Shown here: positions 1 to 10,290 of the stretch, in pieces
Layout of the letters: each line of letters starts with the position of its first letter
Position numbering within the stretch: position 1 is the first letter of the stretch
Assembly: GCA_044347345.1 (NCBI GenBank)
Contig: JBIKUX010000002.1
Coordinates: forward strand, 1 to 64,000
Reading direction: 5' to 3'
Origin: Bdellovibrionota bacterium
GTDB lineage: Bacteria > Bdellovibrionota_C > UBA2361 > JBIKUX01
Length of the DNA: 64,000 nucleotides
Position numbers and translations under genes: made by a program
Notes under the pieces: model-generated
Told to the model about the DNA's origin: nothing
Seen by the model: the letters and a program-made list of their open reading frames with translations, nothing else
The model's database searches: none

Positions 1-112
1 TCTACCTGACTCATCACAACCAAAAATCTCTCTAAATTATACTAATAGCTCACTTCTCATTACATCACTGCCTCTTCCTCTCATACCTATCCCTACTCCA
101 ATACACAGCAGC

Positions 113-940
113 CTAGAGACTACGGATTGGTTGGCAGAGGGGGCAGAAGAAGGAGCTTCGATTGGATACGACAGAGCGACAAATTTTAGTTGAGCAGGCT
201 TTACAAGGCTCGCCGTGCCGACCATAAACCATCAGACAATCTTTAAATAAACCAGGCTCACCTTTGCCATTTACATAATCTCGAAGCGTTGTTCCGCCAC
301 TAGCTACAGCTTGGGCAAGAACATCCCGAACCGCTCTACAAACCGCCTCAATCTCAGCACTTGAAAGAGAACTTGCGCTACGACTCGGATTAACACCCGC
401 TCGAAACAAGGCCTCACTCGCATATATATTCCCTACTCCCACCACCACAGCAGCATTAAGCAACAATCCCTTTATCGGTACAGTGGTCTTACGACAATGT
501 GCTGCAAAATAGGAGCTATTAAATTGTTCTGACAATGGTTCAACACCCAAATTCACCAGAAGCGGATGAACCAAAGGATCTCTCCCTCCCCAATGAAGAG
601 ACCCAAACTTTCTCGGATCATAAAAACGCAAAAGCACCTTATCTCCAAATAAAAGCTCTACATGATCATGCCTACGTCGCTCCTCACCAATAGACGCAAC
701 TCTTAAACTTCCAGACATACCAAAATGCCATATCAAAGACCCCTTATCACCAACCATAAGCAAATACTTTGCTCTCCTCGCTATGTTGCGAATGGTTAAT
801 CCCCCAGCCTGCTCAGATATGTTAGCGAGTACCGGCCAGCGCAGTTTGTCATTATGAACCAACAGCTCTGTTATAGTTTCACCCAGAATTATAGGCTTAA
901 GAGAACGACATATAGATTCAACTTCAGGTAATTCCGGCAT
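113..940 (-). CDS. mutM: Formamidopyrimidine-DNA glycosylase (Fpg/MutM)
   Basis: N-terminal MPELPEVE motif (ATG at 940), RRAKYL, HFGMSG, DPRKFG, GVGNIYASE (H2TH), and C-terminal zinc finger CKAC...FCPLCQ. Confidence 0.97.
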   Translation of the reverse strand: MPELPEVESICRSLKPIILGETITELLVHNDKLRWPVLANISEQAGGLTIRNIARRAKYLLMVGDKGSLIWHFGMSGSLRVASIGEERRRHDHVELLFGDKVLLRFYDPRKFGSLHWGGRDPLVHPLLVNLGVEPLSEQFNSSYFAAHCRKTTVPIKGLLLNAAVVVGVGNIYASEALFRAGVNPSRSASSLSSAEIEAVCRAVRDVLAQAVASGGTTLRDYVNGKGEPGLFKDCLMVYGRHGEPCKACSTKICRSVVSNRSSFFCPLCQPIRSL

Positions 941-1676
941 TGTTGTCAACATCCGATCTACTAAATATTGTATTAAGTGCTACGTTATTAATCACACCGC
1001 TAGCATAATCGATTTTAAAACGAGCAAACATGTCCTCACTGTACCAATTTTCCTCTTTAGTACGCTTCACTACTTCAGCATGCTCAGAAGCCTGATAAGC
1101 AAACCTTGTCATAGCTCTTTCTGAACTCCACAAACTTAGGGTAGCCTGCCGTACCCAAGGGTACTCCCCAAATCCAATAGCACATAGCGCCCCACCAGGT
1201 GCACTCAACTGTCTATATACAGGAGGAACCTTACGCCAAAATGAATATAGAGCTTTCATCCTAATAGTAGCTCGCGTTAATACCGCAATGGGGCCTTCTA
1301 CCCTCGATGCTGCATTTTCGCCTTCCCCTATTTCTATAGATTCCCCGCACCATGTACCACTACAACGATAAGGCACCATCCCAATTGCACCCCACTCAAT
1401 AGCAACCCCACTTATTCTACGAAAAAGCTCCAAGGATTCTAATGCTTCAAACCATAGAGCTGCAGATGGCCAAAGGACAAAACAGGCATAACGTGTAAAA
1501 TCTGGAATTGCACTAAAACCACCGCCCGCACCTGTTCCTCCATATCGCACCCACAAAGCTCCAGCATCAAGAATGTGAGCGCTGTCAAAAGCCAAGCTTC
1601 TAAGCCCTACAGATAAAGCTCTCCAAGGATACCGAGCTACAAATACCGATGCATAAGGAGACAGGCTATTTATCAT
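924..1676 (-). CDS. CrtA/spheroidene monooxygenase-like protein
   Basis: C-terminal half GPIAVLTRATIR..FWRKVP..GFGEYPWVRQATLSLW..FAY..H..VVKRT..NWYSEDMFARF resembles the CrtA-like family; overlaps the mutM start. Confidence 0.7.
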   Translation of the reverse strand: MINSLSPYASVFVARYPWRALSVGLRSLAFDSAHILDAGALWVRYGGTGAGGGFSAIPDFTRYACFVLWPSAALWFEALESLELFRRISGVAIEWGAIGMVPYRCSGTWCGESIEIGEGENAASRVEGPIAVLTRATIRMKALYSFWRKVPPVYRQLSAPGGALCAIGFGEYPWVRQATLSLWSSERAMTRFAYQASEHAEVVKRTKEENWYSEDMFARFKIDYASGVINNVALNTIFSRSDVDNNAGIT

Positions 1677-1757
1677 AAACTCAAAACTAATTTCCTATCC
1701 AATATCTGTTGAACAAAGTTACGGTTTGATACTCTTCACTAAGAATTTAAAAAAATT

Positions 1758-3263
1758 TTGATGATGAATCTAAAAGAAGCTTGCGATACTTCACAACTAA
1801 CTGCGATATGCGCAAAATTACATGATTTTTTAAAAGTATCTACTGGTTATCCATTCAATAGTAACCTCTTTACTAGAAACCGCTGGACCATTCCAATTCC
1901 AATTCCAATTTATTGCAACAAAATAATCTCTCAAATAAGCCACTCTCAAATAAGCTGCACTGAAGACTCAATCCATTTACTTAGCTTTTTTGCACATCTT
2001 CGCACAAGACCGACAAAAGAATTCCACCCCATGCTATACCTTAAGACTCCAAACGGCAAAGCTGAGCATATAGCTATCGGGATGATGAACCAAAATGCAT
2101 ACCCATTTACCAGCAAAAGTTATATTGATGAAATTCTTAATAACCATCCTTTTAACTCAAATATTAGATTTGTAATCGGTAGTAGTTTTGACCCAAGTCA
2201 TCCTACTGATATTTTATGGAAAGATTTCTGTACAAAATATCGCTATATTCCACTTATGTGGATAGAAAAAATTGAAAATAATATCCAAGGATGGGTATAT
2301 ATCGATTTTAATGAAGCCTCCACTACTGAATCAATCATCAACAAACTGAAACATCTGCAAATACATAAGTTTAACAAGCCAAAAACAACTATTATCAACT
2401 CAACTTTGCAGAATTTAATAAAAAGAACCGACTTGCCCAATGAATTAGAGTGGAAAGAAAAAGTAGACTTAGCCGTCAAAGCGTTCTCACAACATAAAAG
2501 AGGAAGTAATCCAATTATTTCTAAAATCGTGCTTGCTAGACGCACACATTTACATTTTTTAAACACACCGTCTCCTGAAGAAATAATTTCTCAAATCATC
2601 AGGAATAACTACGGAACAGCTTTTATTTTTTCACCGCTCAATTGTTCTTCTTCACTTTGCGGTATAAGTCCTGAATGCTTAGTTGAAATAGATAAGAACA
2701 CAATTAAATGCGAAGCTGTTGGAGGAAGTATCCCATCAAGCAATATACAAACTGAGCAGATCAAATTCGCGCAAATGCTTTTAACCGACGAAAAACTTCT
2801 CAGAGAGCATGACATAATTGTTAGATACCTAACAAAAGTTATCACCAAAATTACCAAGAATTGCTGCACAATTAGTACTCGGCAAGTTTTAACACTCCCA
2901 ACAATCCAACATTTAAAAACGATTGTAAGCAGCGCAAAATTACCACCGTTTCCACCACACCGATATCCTTTTTTACTTCACCCAACACCAGCCGTTTGTG
3001 GAACACCCACTCGCGCAGCTCGAGCTTTAATAAATTCCATCGAACCATTTAGTCGTGGGTGGTACAGTGGATTTCTCGGATGGGCAAGCAAAGATCGGTG
3101 CTACGCATTTCCAATCCTTCGTTCTATGCTGATTGGTAAACAGAATGTTTATCTATTTGCAGGTGCAGGTGTAGTTTCGGGTTCAGATGCCATGATTGAA
3201 TTAAATGAAATAGAAAAAAAAATGACAGTCAGCCTTAGAGCTCTCACTGGACAATTAAACTAA
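1758..3263 (+). CDS. menF: Isochorismate synthase
   Basis: Chorismate-binding motifs KIVLAR, GISPE, KLLREH, QHL, LHPTPAVCG, RGWYSG, LFAGAGVV; lies directly before menD; N-terminus divergent. Confidence 0.88.
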   Translation: MMMNLKEACDTSQLTAICAKLHDFLKVSTGYPFNSNLFTRNRWTIPIPIPIYCNKIISQISHSQISCTEDSIHLLSFFAHLRTRPTKEFHPMLYLKTPNGKAEHIAIGMMNQNAYPFTSKSYIDEILNNHPFNSNIRFVIGSSFDPSHPTDILWKDFCTKYRYIPLMWIEKIENNIQGWVYIDFNEASTTESIINKLKHLQIHKFNKPKTTIINSTLQNLIKRTDLPNELEWKEKVDLAVKAFSQHKRGSNPIISKIVLARRTHLHFLNTPSPEEIISQIIRNNYGTAFIFSPLNCSSSLCGISPECLVEIDKNTIKCEAVGGSIPSSNIQTEQIKFAQMLLTDEKLLREHDIIVRYLTKVITKITKNCCTISTRQVLTLPTIQHLKTIVSSAKLPPFPPHRYPFLLHPTPAVCGTPTRAARALINSIEPFSRGWYSGFLGWASKDRCYAFPILRSMLIGKQNVYLFAGAGVVSGSDAMIELNEIEKKMTVSLRALTGQLN

Positions 3264-3272
3264 GAATAAAAA

Positions 3273-5075
3273 ATGTCACAACCATCGGTCAGAGGACTTA
3301 ATCACCATTGGTCGCAACTAATTGTCGAAGAATTATCAAGATTAGGCGCTTCATTATTCGTAATAGCGCCAGGCGCCCGCTCAGCCCCACTAACACAGGC
3401 TGTATATGAACTTTCTGAAAGAGAAGGAAGCTCAACTAAAGTTTTGGTTCATTATGACGAGCGAGGTTGTGGTTATTACTGCGCTGGATGGGCTCAAGCT
3501 ACCCAGCAGCTAGCTGTTTGTATTACTACATCCGGAACAGCAGTCGCGAATTTATTCCCATCAGTTGTAGAATCATCTCAAGCAGAGATTCCATGGATCA
3601 TTATCACCGCAGATCGTCCATTTGAACTACGACAAACTGGAGCAAACCAAACCATCAATCAAATTGAAATATTTGGCTCCTATGTGCGCTTTTTCGCTGA
3701 TATTCCACCTCCGAACAAATCAGTTGCATATCAATCACTATTAGCTTTAGTCGACCAAGCAGTATCAGCATCACTCAGCATCTCTCCTGGCCCAGTACAC
3801 CTCAATATTCAATTTCGCAAACCTTTACTTTCCGCGCCAGATTATTTTGGTGATGAAAATCTTCCTCTCACTTTTTGTAAGTGGGAACAACAAACAAAAT
3901 GCTTAACTCAATGGCATCACCCAAAGAAAACTCCAAGTTCAACTGCCATCAGTCAAATTTCTTCGTACCTTAATGAATCTCAAAGAGGTCTAATAATTTC
4001 CGGTAAGCTAAAGTCCTATTCTGAACAACTCTCAGCTTTAGCACTTGCACAATACCTTCAATGGCCAATATTGACCGATGTATCCTCAAATTTACGGTGT
4101 ATTGAATATGATAATAACTCGGTTGAAGTACGCATCGCTCACCACAGCCTGTTTTTAGGCCAACTTCAGTATTCTACAGAACTTGCTCCAGATTGTATTA
4201 TCCATCTAGGAGACCTACCTATAGGTAACTCAGTCAATAATATCCTTGAAACTTGTCAACAACAGATTATACAAATTTCATCTTCTTTCAAACGTTTTGA
4301 TCCATTTGGAATGGTAGCTAATAAATTGATAGCAGATTTATCTGAAGCGTTGCTAGAAATAAAAGCAAACTGCTTAAATCCTAAACGCTCTGCTCTACTA
4401 GAACTCTTACGAAATAAAGATAAACATACCGCTACATCTTTAGATGAAATTTTACTGACAACTGCCGATACAATTCAATTTGGTGTTTCAGACTGGCATC
4501 TAATGGAAATTATATCGAAAGAAACACCGAATGATTGGTGTATTTATCTTGGCAATAGTCTGCCAATCAGAGAGGCAGACGCTCTTTTTCCCTTGTGCAA
4601 CCGCAACTATCATATCGCTGTTCAGAGAGGTGCTAGCGGTATTGACGGCACATTAGCAATGGCTCTTGGCACCGCTGACGCTCTGAAAAAACCTTTAATT
4701 TTGGTTATAGGAGATATTACTTTTCTACATGATGTAAACTCTCTGCCATTATATCGAAATCGTACTGTACCTACTATTATCATAGTGGTTAATAATAATG
4801 GTGGAGCGATATTCTCAAAACTGCCAGAATTAAAGGAATTACCATCAATAACAAAGATGTTCATCGCTCCACACGGCTTATCATTTGAGGGAGCAGCGCA
4901 AATGTGCGCGCTAAAATATGAAAAAATTACCAGCCTTACATTACTACAAGAAAAATTTAGAATTGCACTAAAACATCCCTCTACAACTCTAATTGAGGTC
5001 ATCACCGATACTGAACTCACTGATAAAATTCACGATAATCTCCTCAAAATAATCAAGCAGGAAAATATCACTTAA
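3273..5075 (+). CDS. menD: SEPHCHC synthase (ThDP-dependent)
   Basis: APGARSAPL, HYDER, TTSGTAVAN, TADRP, GANQTI, RGASGIDG, GDITFLHD..NNNGGAIF. Confidence 0.96.
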   Translation: MSQPSVRGLNHHWSQLIVEELSRLGASLFVIAPGARSAPLTQAVYELSEREGSSTKVLVHYDERGCGYYCAGWAQATQQLAVCITTSGTAVANLFPSVVESSQAEIPWIIITADRPFELRQTGANQTINQIEIFGSYVRFFADIPPPNKSVAYQSLLALVDQAVSASLSISPGPVHLNIQFRKPLLSAPDYFGDENLPLTFCKWEQQTKCLTQWHHPKKTPSSTAISQISSYLNESQRGLIISGKLKSYSEQLSALALAQYLQWPILTDVSSNLRCIEYDNNSVEVRIAHHSLFLGQLQYSTELAPDCIIHLGDLPIGNSVNNILETCQQQIIQISSSFKRFDPFGMVANKLIADLSEALLEIKANCLNPKRSALLELLRNKDKHTATSLDEILLTTADTIQFGVSDWHLMEIISKETPNDWCIYLGNSLPIREADALFPLCNRNYHIAVQRGASGIDGTLAMALGTADALKKPLILVIGDITFLHDVNSLPLYRNRTVPTIIIVVNNNGGAIFSKLPELKELPSITKMFIAPHGLSFEGAAQMCALKYEKITSLTLLQEKFRIALKHPSTTLIEVITDTELTDKIHDNLLKIIKQENIT

Positions 5076-5217
5076 CTATAAATTTCATTTTTAAAACGAT
5101 TACATGCTCAAGCACGGTATATTAACTTTGTTTAGTAGTGCCTCAACTCTTTCCAAGAATAATTAAAATAGCTACTTTTAAACGGTAAACATACAGGTAA
5201 TTTGTCGACCACTAGTT

Positions 5218-6054
5218 ATGGAATCAACTCAATCTCACTTGCCCCATTGGAAACTCGCCAAAAATTATACTGATATTGAGTACGAAAAAGCTGAAGGCAT
5301 AGCCAAGATAACAATCAATCGTCCTGAAAAACGTAATGCATTCCGTCCGCTGACAATAAAAGAGTTGCAGAATGCCCTTGAAGATGCTCGCGAGGACTCT
5401 TCAATCGGTGTAATTATTTTGACTGGCAAAGGTGATAATGCTTTCTGCTCTGGTGGAGATCAACATATTAGAGGAACATCAGGATACACTGACGATGGTG
5501 GAATTCAGCGACTAAACGTACTAGATTTGCAGAAGCAGATTCGCTCTTGTCCAAAACCGATTGTCGCTATGGTAGCTGGCTACGCCATAGGTGGCGGGCA
5601 CGTTCTTCATGTAATATGCGATTTGACTATTGCAGCTGATAACGCAATTTTCGGTCAAACTGGGCCAAAAGTTGGGTCTTTTGATGGGGGGTTTGGATCT
5701 TCTTACCTTGCCAGAATTGTCGGTCAAAAAAAAGCGCGAGAGATTTGGTTCCTCTGTCGACAATACTCAGCCTCTGAAGCTTATGACATGGGACTGGTAA
5801 ACAAAGTAGTGCCACTTGCCGAGTTAGAGACAGAAACAATAAAGTGGTGTCGTGAAATGCTAACAAAGAGCCCTCTTGCTTTACGTTGTATAAAAGCGGC
5901 TATGAACGCAGATTGTGACGGTCAAGCAGGGCTACTTGAGCTTGCTGGAAATGCCACACTTCTTTATTACATGACAGAAGAAGCACAAGAGGGGAAAAAA
6001 GCTTTTATTGAAAAACGCTCTCCTGATTTCTCGAAATTTAAACGTGACCCGTAA
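5218..6054 (+). CDS. menB: 1,4-dihydroxy-2-naphthoyl-CoA synthase
   Basis: [45 protein letters not shown]. Confidence 0.98.
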   Translation: MESTQSHLPHWKLAKNYTDIEYEKAEGIAKITINRPEKRNAFRPLTIKELQNALEDAREDSSIGVIILTGKGDNAFCSGGDQHIRGTSGYTDDGGIQRLNVLDLQKQIRSCPKPIVAMVAGYAIGGGHVLHVICDLTIAADNAIFGQTGPKVGSFDGGFGSSYLARIVGQKKAREIWFLCRQYSASEAYDMGLVNKVVPLAELETETIKWCREMLTKSPLALRCIKAAMNADCDGQAGLLELAGNATLLYYMTEEAQEGKKAFIEKRSPDFSKFKRDP

Positions 6055-6118
6055 TGTTGATCCGTAATGTTCTAGTGTCGCTTGTGGAAAACCCAAAAGG
6101 CAGGGGCTACATCTTAAT

Positions 6119-7444
6119 ATGGAAGCAATTTTAAGTGCTGCAGGAACTACTTACTGGAACGAAATTTTAGACACTAGTCCAGATATTTCAACGTATAATT
6201 TACCAGAGGTCATTTGTAGTAAATCATCCCCCTCCAAAAACGGCACTGAAACAGTCGCCTTCTTAGGATCCGCTTCTCACAATGCAACGAAATTTTTATT
6301 ATCATCTCTAATTAACGGTTATCAAGTTGCTCCACTTTCGACTCTCATACTATCTAATACACAAATTGGTCAGATAAGTGGCTCTTTGGGAGGCCAATTA
6401 AACCCTGACTTCCTAACATACAAGAACTCAATCTCAAAAGTCAGGCGAATTAATGGCTCACTTCTAATCTTTACATCTGGGTCTACAGGAGTTCCGAAAG
6501 GAGTAATTTTAAATTCACAAGCTCTAACAAATGCGGCTATAGCTTCAAATGCTATCACCAAATACTCCTCAACATCGAAATGGCTTTTATCTCTTCCCCC
6601 ATCTCATATCGGTGGGGCATCAATACCTACTCGCGCTATAGTATCGGGTGGCGCTATTGTAATCCCAAATGATAAATCCAATGAGGCTATTATCCAAGCA
6701 ATAAACGTCTGGGGCGTCACTCACTTATCACTTGTATCTTCTCAATTTAGATCTTTAATCCAGAATAGTTCAGCGCGTAAACTTCTTAAATCTTGTCAGT
6801 GCATACTTATAGGAGGGGCTCCTACACCGACTCGTCTTTTACATGAAGCTTGGGATGAGGGATTACCTGTAGCTATTTCCTATGGAATGACGGAAACAGC
6901 CTCACATATTTCTATCGGTTTTGTATCAGAGCCAGAGGTAAGAAATGGAAGCGTAGGAAAAATTTTACCAAATACTAAAATAAGTATACGTCAGGATAAT
7001 CATGTATTAATTACTACAAATCAATGCTTCTCTGGATATATAGAACAAGATGGCACAACTACTTATCAACAAGATAATACTTTTGTCACCAATGACTATG
7101 GCTTAGTGACATCGAATGGCTATCTATATATATCAGGACGCGCAGATGACGTGATCAACTCAGGAGGAGTAAAAGTATCACCTAGATTAATTGAAAAGGC
7201 CGCTGAAGATTTTGGTGTGATAGAATGCTACGCAGTATCTATTCCTGATATTAAGTGGGGCTCTCGTCCAGTTTTGTGGATAGATAACTCCGTATGTCCA
7301 GAATCTCTCCACAAACACCTAAAAAATACTTTGCCGCGCATCAGCTTGCCTGATTATATTTTTGTAACAAACAATTTTCCGAAACTACCATCAGGAAAAA
7401 TTGACCGAAAAGAACTTGTAATACAATCTCAAAATAGAAAATAG
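6119..7444 (+). CDS. menE: o-succinylbenzoate-CoA ligase
   Basis: AMP-binding motifs FTSGSTGVPKG, SYGMTETAS, GRADDVINSGG, KWGSRPV, SGKIDR; men cluster context. Confidence 0.85.
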   Translation: MEAILSAAGTTYWNEILDTSPDISTYNLPEVICSKSSPSKNGTETVAFLGSASHNATKFLLSSLINGYQVAPLSTLILSNTQIGQISGSLGGQLNPDFLTYKNSISKVRRINGSLLIFTSGSTGVPKGVILNSQALTNAAIASNAITKYSSTSKWLLSLPPSHIGGASIPTRAIVSGGAIVIPNDKSNEAIIQAINVWGVTHLSLVSSQFRSLIQNSSARKLLKSCQCILIGGAPTPTRLLHEAWDEGLPVAISYGMTETASHISIGFVSEPEVRNGSVGKILPNTKISIRQDNHVLITTNQCFSGYIEQDGTTTYQQDNTFVTNDYGLVTSNGYLYISGRADDVINSGGVKVSPRLIEKAAEDFGVIECYAVSIPDIKWGSRPVLWIDNSVCPESLHKHLKNTLPRISLPDYIFVTNNFPKLPSGKIDRKELVIQSQNRK

Positions 7445-7455
7445 GATTTTACTGA

Positions 7456-8127
7456 ATGATTAAAGCTTTAATTTTTGACATGGACGGTCTTCTTCTCGAT
7501 ACCGAAAAAGTATCAAAATTTGCCTGGCAAAAAGCTTCTGAAGAATATGGATTTCTCTTAACTGATGATATCTACTTTAAATGTGCAGGACGTTCAAGTC
7601 TTGATGTTGATCAAATCTTAACTGCACAACTAAGTAGCTCCTTTCCAATCAATCAAGTAAGACAAAGACGTTATGAGATAGTCGATACAGTTTTTGAGCG
7701 TGATGGTGTTGAAATTAAGAGTGGTGCTATTGATATTATAAATATCGCTGATTCGTTTCAAGTTCCTTGCTTAGTAGCTACATCTACTAGAAAACAGCGA
7801 GCAATAACTCGCCTTTCTCAAGCTGGAATTCTCAATAAATTTGCAGCTATAATTGCAGGAGATGAAGTATCACGCGGTAAACCAGATCCGGATATCTTTC
7901 TTTTAGCAGCAAAAATGGCAAAAACTGATCCGAAAAATTGCCTAGCCTTTGAAGATTCGGAGGCGGGTATACGGGCTCTATTCGCGGCACATATACCTAG
8001 TTTTCTGATTCCCGACTTAAAGCATCATCCTGAGGAAGTTGTAAAACTGGCAACATATCATTGTAAATCTTTACTAGAAGCAAAACCCATAGTGACTTCT
8101 TTACTACTAGAACGTAATTCAAAGTAA
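7456..8127 (+). CDS. HAD-superfamily phosphatase (beta-phosphoglucomutase-like)
   Basis: FDMDGLLLD, ATST, GKPDPDIF, FEDSEAG motifs. Confidence 0.9.
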   Translation: MIKALIFDMDGLLLDTEKVSKFAWQKASEEYGFLLTDDIYFKCAGRSSLDVDQILTAQLSSSFPINQVRQRRYEIVDTVFERDGVEIKSGAIDIINIADSFQVPCLVATSTRKQRAITRLSQAGILNKFAAIIAGDEVSRGKPDPDIFLLAAKMAKTDPKNCLAFEDSEAGIRALFAAHIPSFLIPDLKHHPEEVVKLATYHCKSLLEAKPIVTSLLLERNSK

Positions 8128-8208
8128 GTCACAAAAAACTTTCATCTATCAGAGTTGTCTATAATAAGTATCAATGTTTGTCTGATTAATTTCCTAAATC
8201 CTTAAGCT

Positions 8209-9129
8209 TTAAAGCGAATAATAGACTGAAAAAAGGACAAATATTGTATAAGCCGCAAAAACTAATCCAGTTCGACTAAGCATACTCTGCCAAAATATCG
8301 AGATTGATAAAGATGAATCATTAGCTACAATGGTATAAAAAAGAGTTTTAATTAACCACATAACAGGTGGCAAAAATAATACTAATCCTAAGAATATCTT
8401 TGGCAAAATGTTAAAATAAGACAGAATAATTAAGAAGACGAAAGGACACAGTAAACAAATTGAATATTCTACTAGTCCAAAGTATCTACCAAAACGAACG
8501 ATTAGAGTTCGCTTACCCGACAGTCTATCCTCTTTTTCATCTCGAATATTATTAACGGTTAAAATCGCCGTAGCAAATAGACCAGAGCAGAAGCCAAAAA
8601 TAAGAACTAAGGGAGTAACTTTATAAGCACTAACGTAAGCTGTGCCCCAAGATGATAAAAATCCAAAAAAAACTATGGTAGCGACTTCCCCCAAACCACG
8701 ATAAGAAAGAGGAAAAGGTCCTCCAGAGTAAGCTACAGAAGTAATTATGGCGGAAATACCAATAATTACGATTGGTAAACCACCACGAATTACTAGCGGA
8801 ATCCCAAGCAAAAAAGCCAGCACAAGTGCTAAGCAAGCAACTAGCTTCATTTGCTCTGGAGCAATAAGACCCGAACTGGTAAATCTTATCGGACCTATTC
8901 TATCCTTAGTGTCGGAACCACGCTCATAATCAATAACATCATTGGCTAAATTGGCCGCAATCTGTAGTAAGATGGCATCAATTAATACAATTAGACTCAC
9001 TAAAAATGAGAATTGTGGCTCATTTCTTACCAACATCGTTGTCACCAGAACTGGTGAAGCCGATGCTATCAATGTTCTGGGACGACAAGCTTGAATCCAT
9101 TTTTTAATATCAAACAATATGCTCACCAC
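8209..9129 (-). CDS. menA: 1,4-dihydroxy-2-naphthoate prenyltransferase
   Basis: RPRTL, QIAANLANDVIDYERGSD, YRGLGE, NNIRDEKED..GKRTL; multiple TM segments. Confidence 0.95.
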   Translation of the reverse strand: MVSILFDIKKWIQACRPRTLIASASPVLVTTMLVRNEPQFSFLVSLIVLIDAILLQIAANLANDVIDYERGSDTKDRIGPIRFTSSGLIAPEQMKLVACLALVLAFLLGIPLVIRGGLPIVIIGISAIITSVAYSGGPFPLSYRGLGEVATIVFFGFLSSWGTAYVSAYKVTPLVLIFGFCSGLFATAILTVNNIRDEKEDRLSGKRTLIVRFGRYFGLVEYSICLLCPFVFLIILSYFNILPKIFLGLVLFLPPVMWLIKTLFYTIVANDSSLSISIFWQSMLSRTGLVFAAYTIFVLFSVYYSL

Positions 9130-9181
9130 CGGTAAAAAAAGATATACTTAAGCAAAGCTTAATTCATATAAGAGTGCCAAG

Positions 9182-10276
9182 TTGGACACAACCTTTTCAC
9201 AAGTCTCTCTCCATGAGATTTCATATCAATACAATGATAATCAAGTATTGACCAAGTTTACTTACTCATTTGAATCAAGAAATAGAACTGTAATCTTAGG
9301 TCCATCAGGCTGCGGTAAGTCAACTATACTGAGAATTATAGCTGGGCTAATTACTCCTAATGAAGGAAGAATCGAGATAGACGGAGTTAATATAACCTCA
9401 CTTCCTCCACATAAGCGTAATATTGGACTTATGTTCCAACAATATGCTTTATGGCCTCATCTTTCAGTAAAAGATCACATCGGCTTTGGTTTAAAATTTA
9501 ATGGTTCACACAAACAAGAACAATCTAAGAGAATTTCGGAGGTAATATCTCTTCTGGGATTAAATGGCCTTGAAGGTCGTTTTCCACATGAGCTATCAGG
9601 AGGTCAACAACAACGGGTTGCTCTTGGCCGTGCAATTGCCCCATCTCCAAAAGTGCTTATGCTGGATGAGCCTTTTGCTCACTTGGAACCATCACTTCGA
9701 GTTGAGTTACTTCAATCTCTTGAAGCAGTCCATAATACCACAAAAAGTACTTTAATTATGGTTACTCATGATACCAATGAGGCATTAGCGATTGCCCAAA
9801 AATTACTGATTATTGGTAAAAGTGGCTCAATTGAAGGGTCTGGAATCCCAGAGATGTTATATCGTACGCCACCATCTCTTGCCGTAGCTAATGCCCTCGG
9901 TGAATGGAATGCCATACCAGGGAAAATTTTATCAAATAGTGAATCAAAAAGAATTTTTCTGACTACTTTCGGTTCATTTAATATGAATAGTTTATCAACT
10001 CCGACCCATATCAACAAAGAAATGACTTTACTAGTTTCTCCAGAGTTTATTTCTTTACAACCCATTAAAACGGAAAATTTCGATGAAACCTTGATACTGA
10101 GCGGGAAGGTTAAAAGAAGAGAATTTCTCGGTTCTTTTTATAAGATTATTGTTGAAATTGAGGACTCAAACTTTACCATAATCATTAAGTTATCAAGCTT
10201 AGAAAACCCACCAGATATCGACCATTTCGTAAAAATGTATATTCCATTAAAGGCTTGTACACTTATTCATCACTAA
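9182..10276 (+). CDS. ABC transporter ATP-binding protein (FbpC/PotA-like)
   Basis: GPSGCGKST, LSGGQQQRVALGRA, MLDEPF, VTHD, C-terminal TOBE-like region. Confidence 0.92.
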   Translation: MDTTFSQVSLHEISYQYNDNQVLTKFTYSFESRNRTVILGPSGCGKSTILRIIAGLITPNEGRIEIDGVNITSLPPHKRNIGLMFQQYALWPHLSVKDHIGFGLKFNGSHKQEQSKRISEVISLLGLNGLEGRFPHELSGGQQQRVALGRAIAPSPKVLMLDEPFAHLEPSLRVELLQSLEAVHNTTKSTLIMVTHDTNEALAIAQKLLIIGKSGSIEGSGIPEMLYRTPPSLAVANALGEWNAIPGKILSNSESKRIFLTTFGSFNMNSLSTPTHINKEMTLLVSPEFISLQPIKTENFDETLILSGKVKRREFLGSFYKIIVEIEDSNFTIIIKLSSLENPPDIDHFVKMYIPLKACTLIHH

Positions 10277-10290
10277 CTTAGAGCAACTTA

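Noticed and set aside
37-225. 62-aa ORF overlapping the mutM 3' end
   Set aside because: Alternative frame of mutM; no recognisable features
1890-1955. ATTCCA x3 and duplicated CTCTCAAATAAGC in the menF 5' region
   Set aside because: Short in-frame slippage repeats (IPIPIPI, SQISHSQIS); no sign of a functional array
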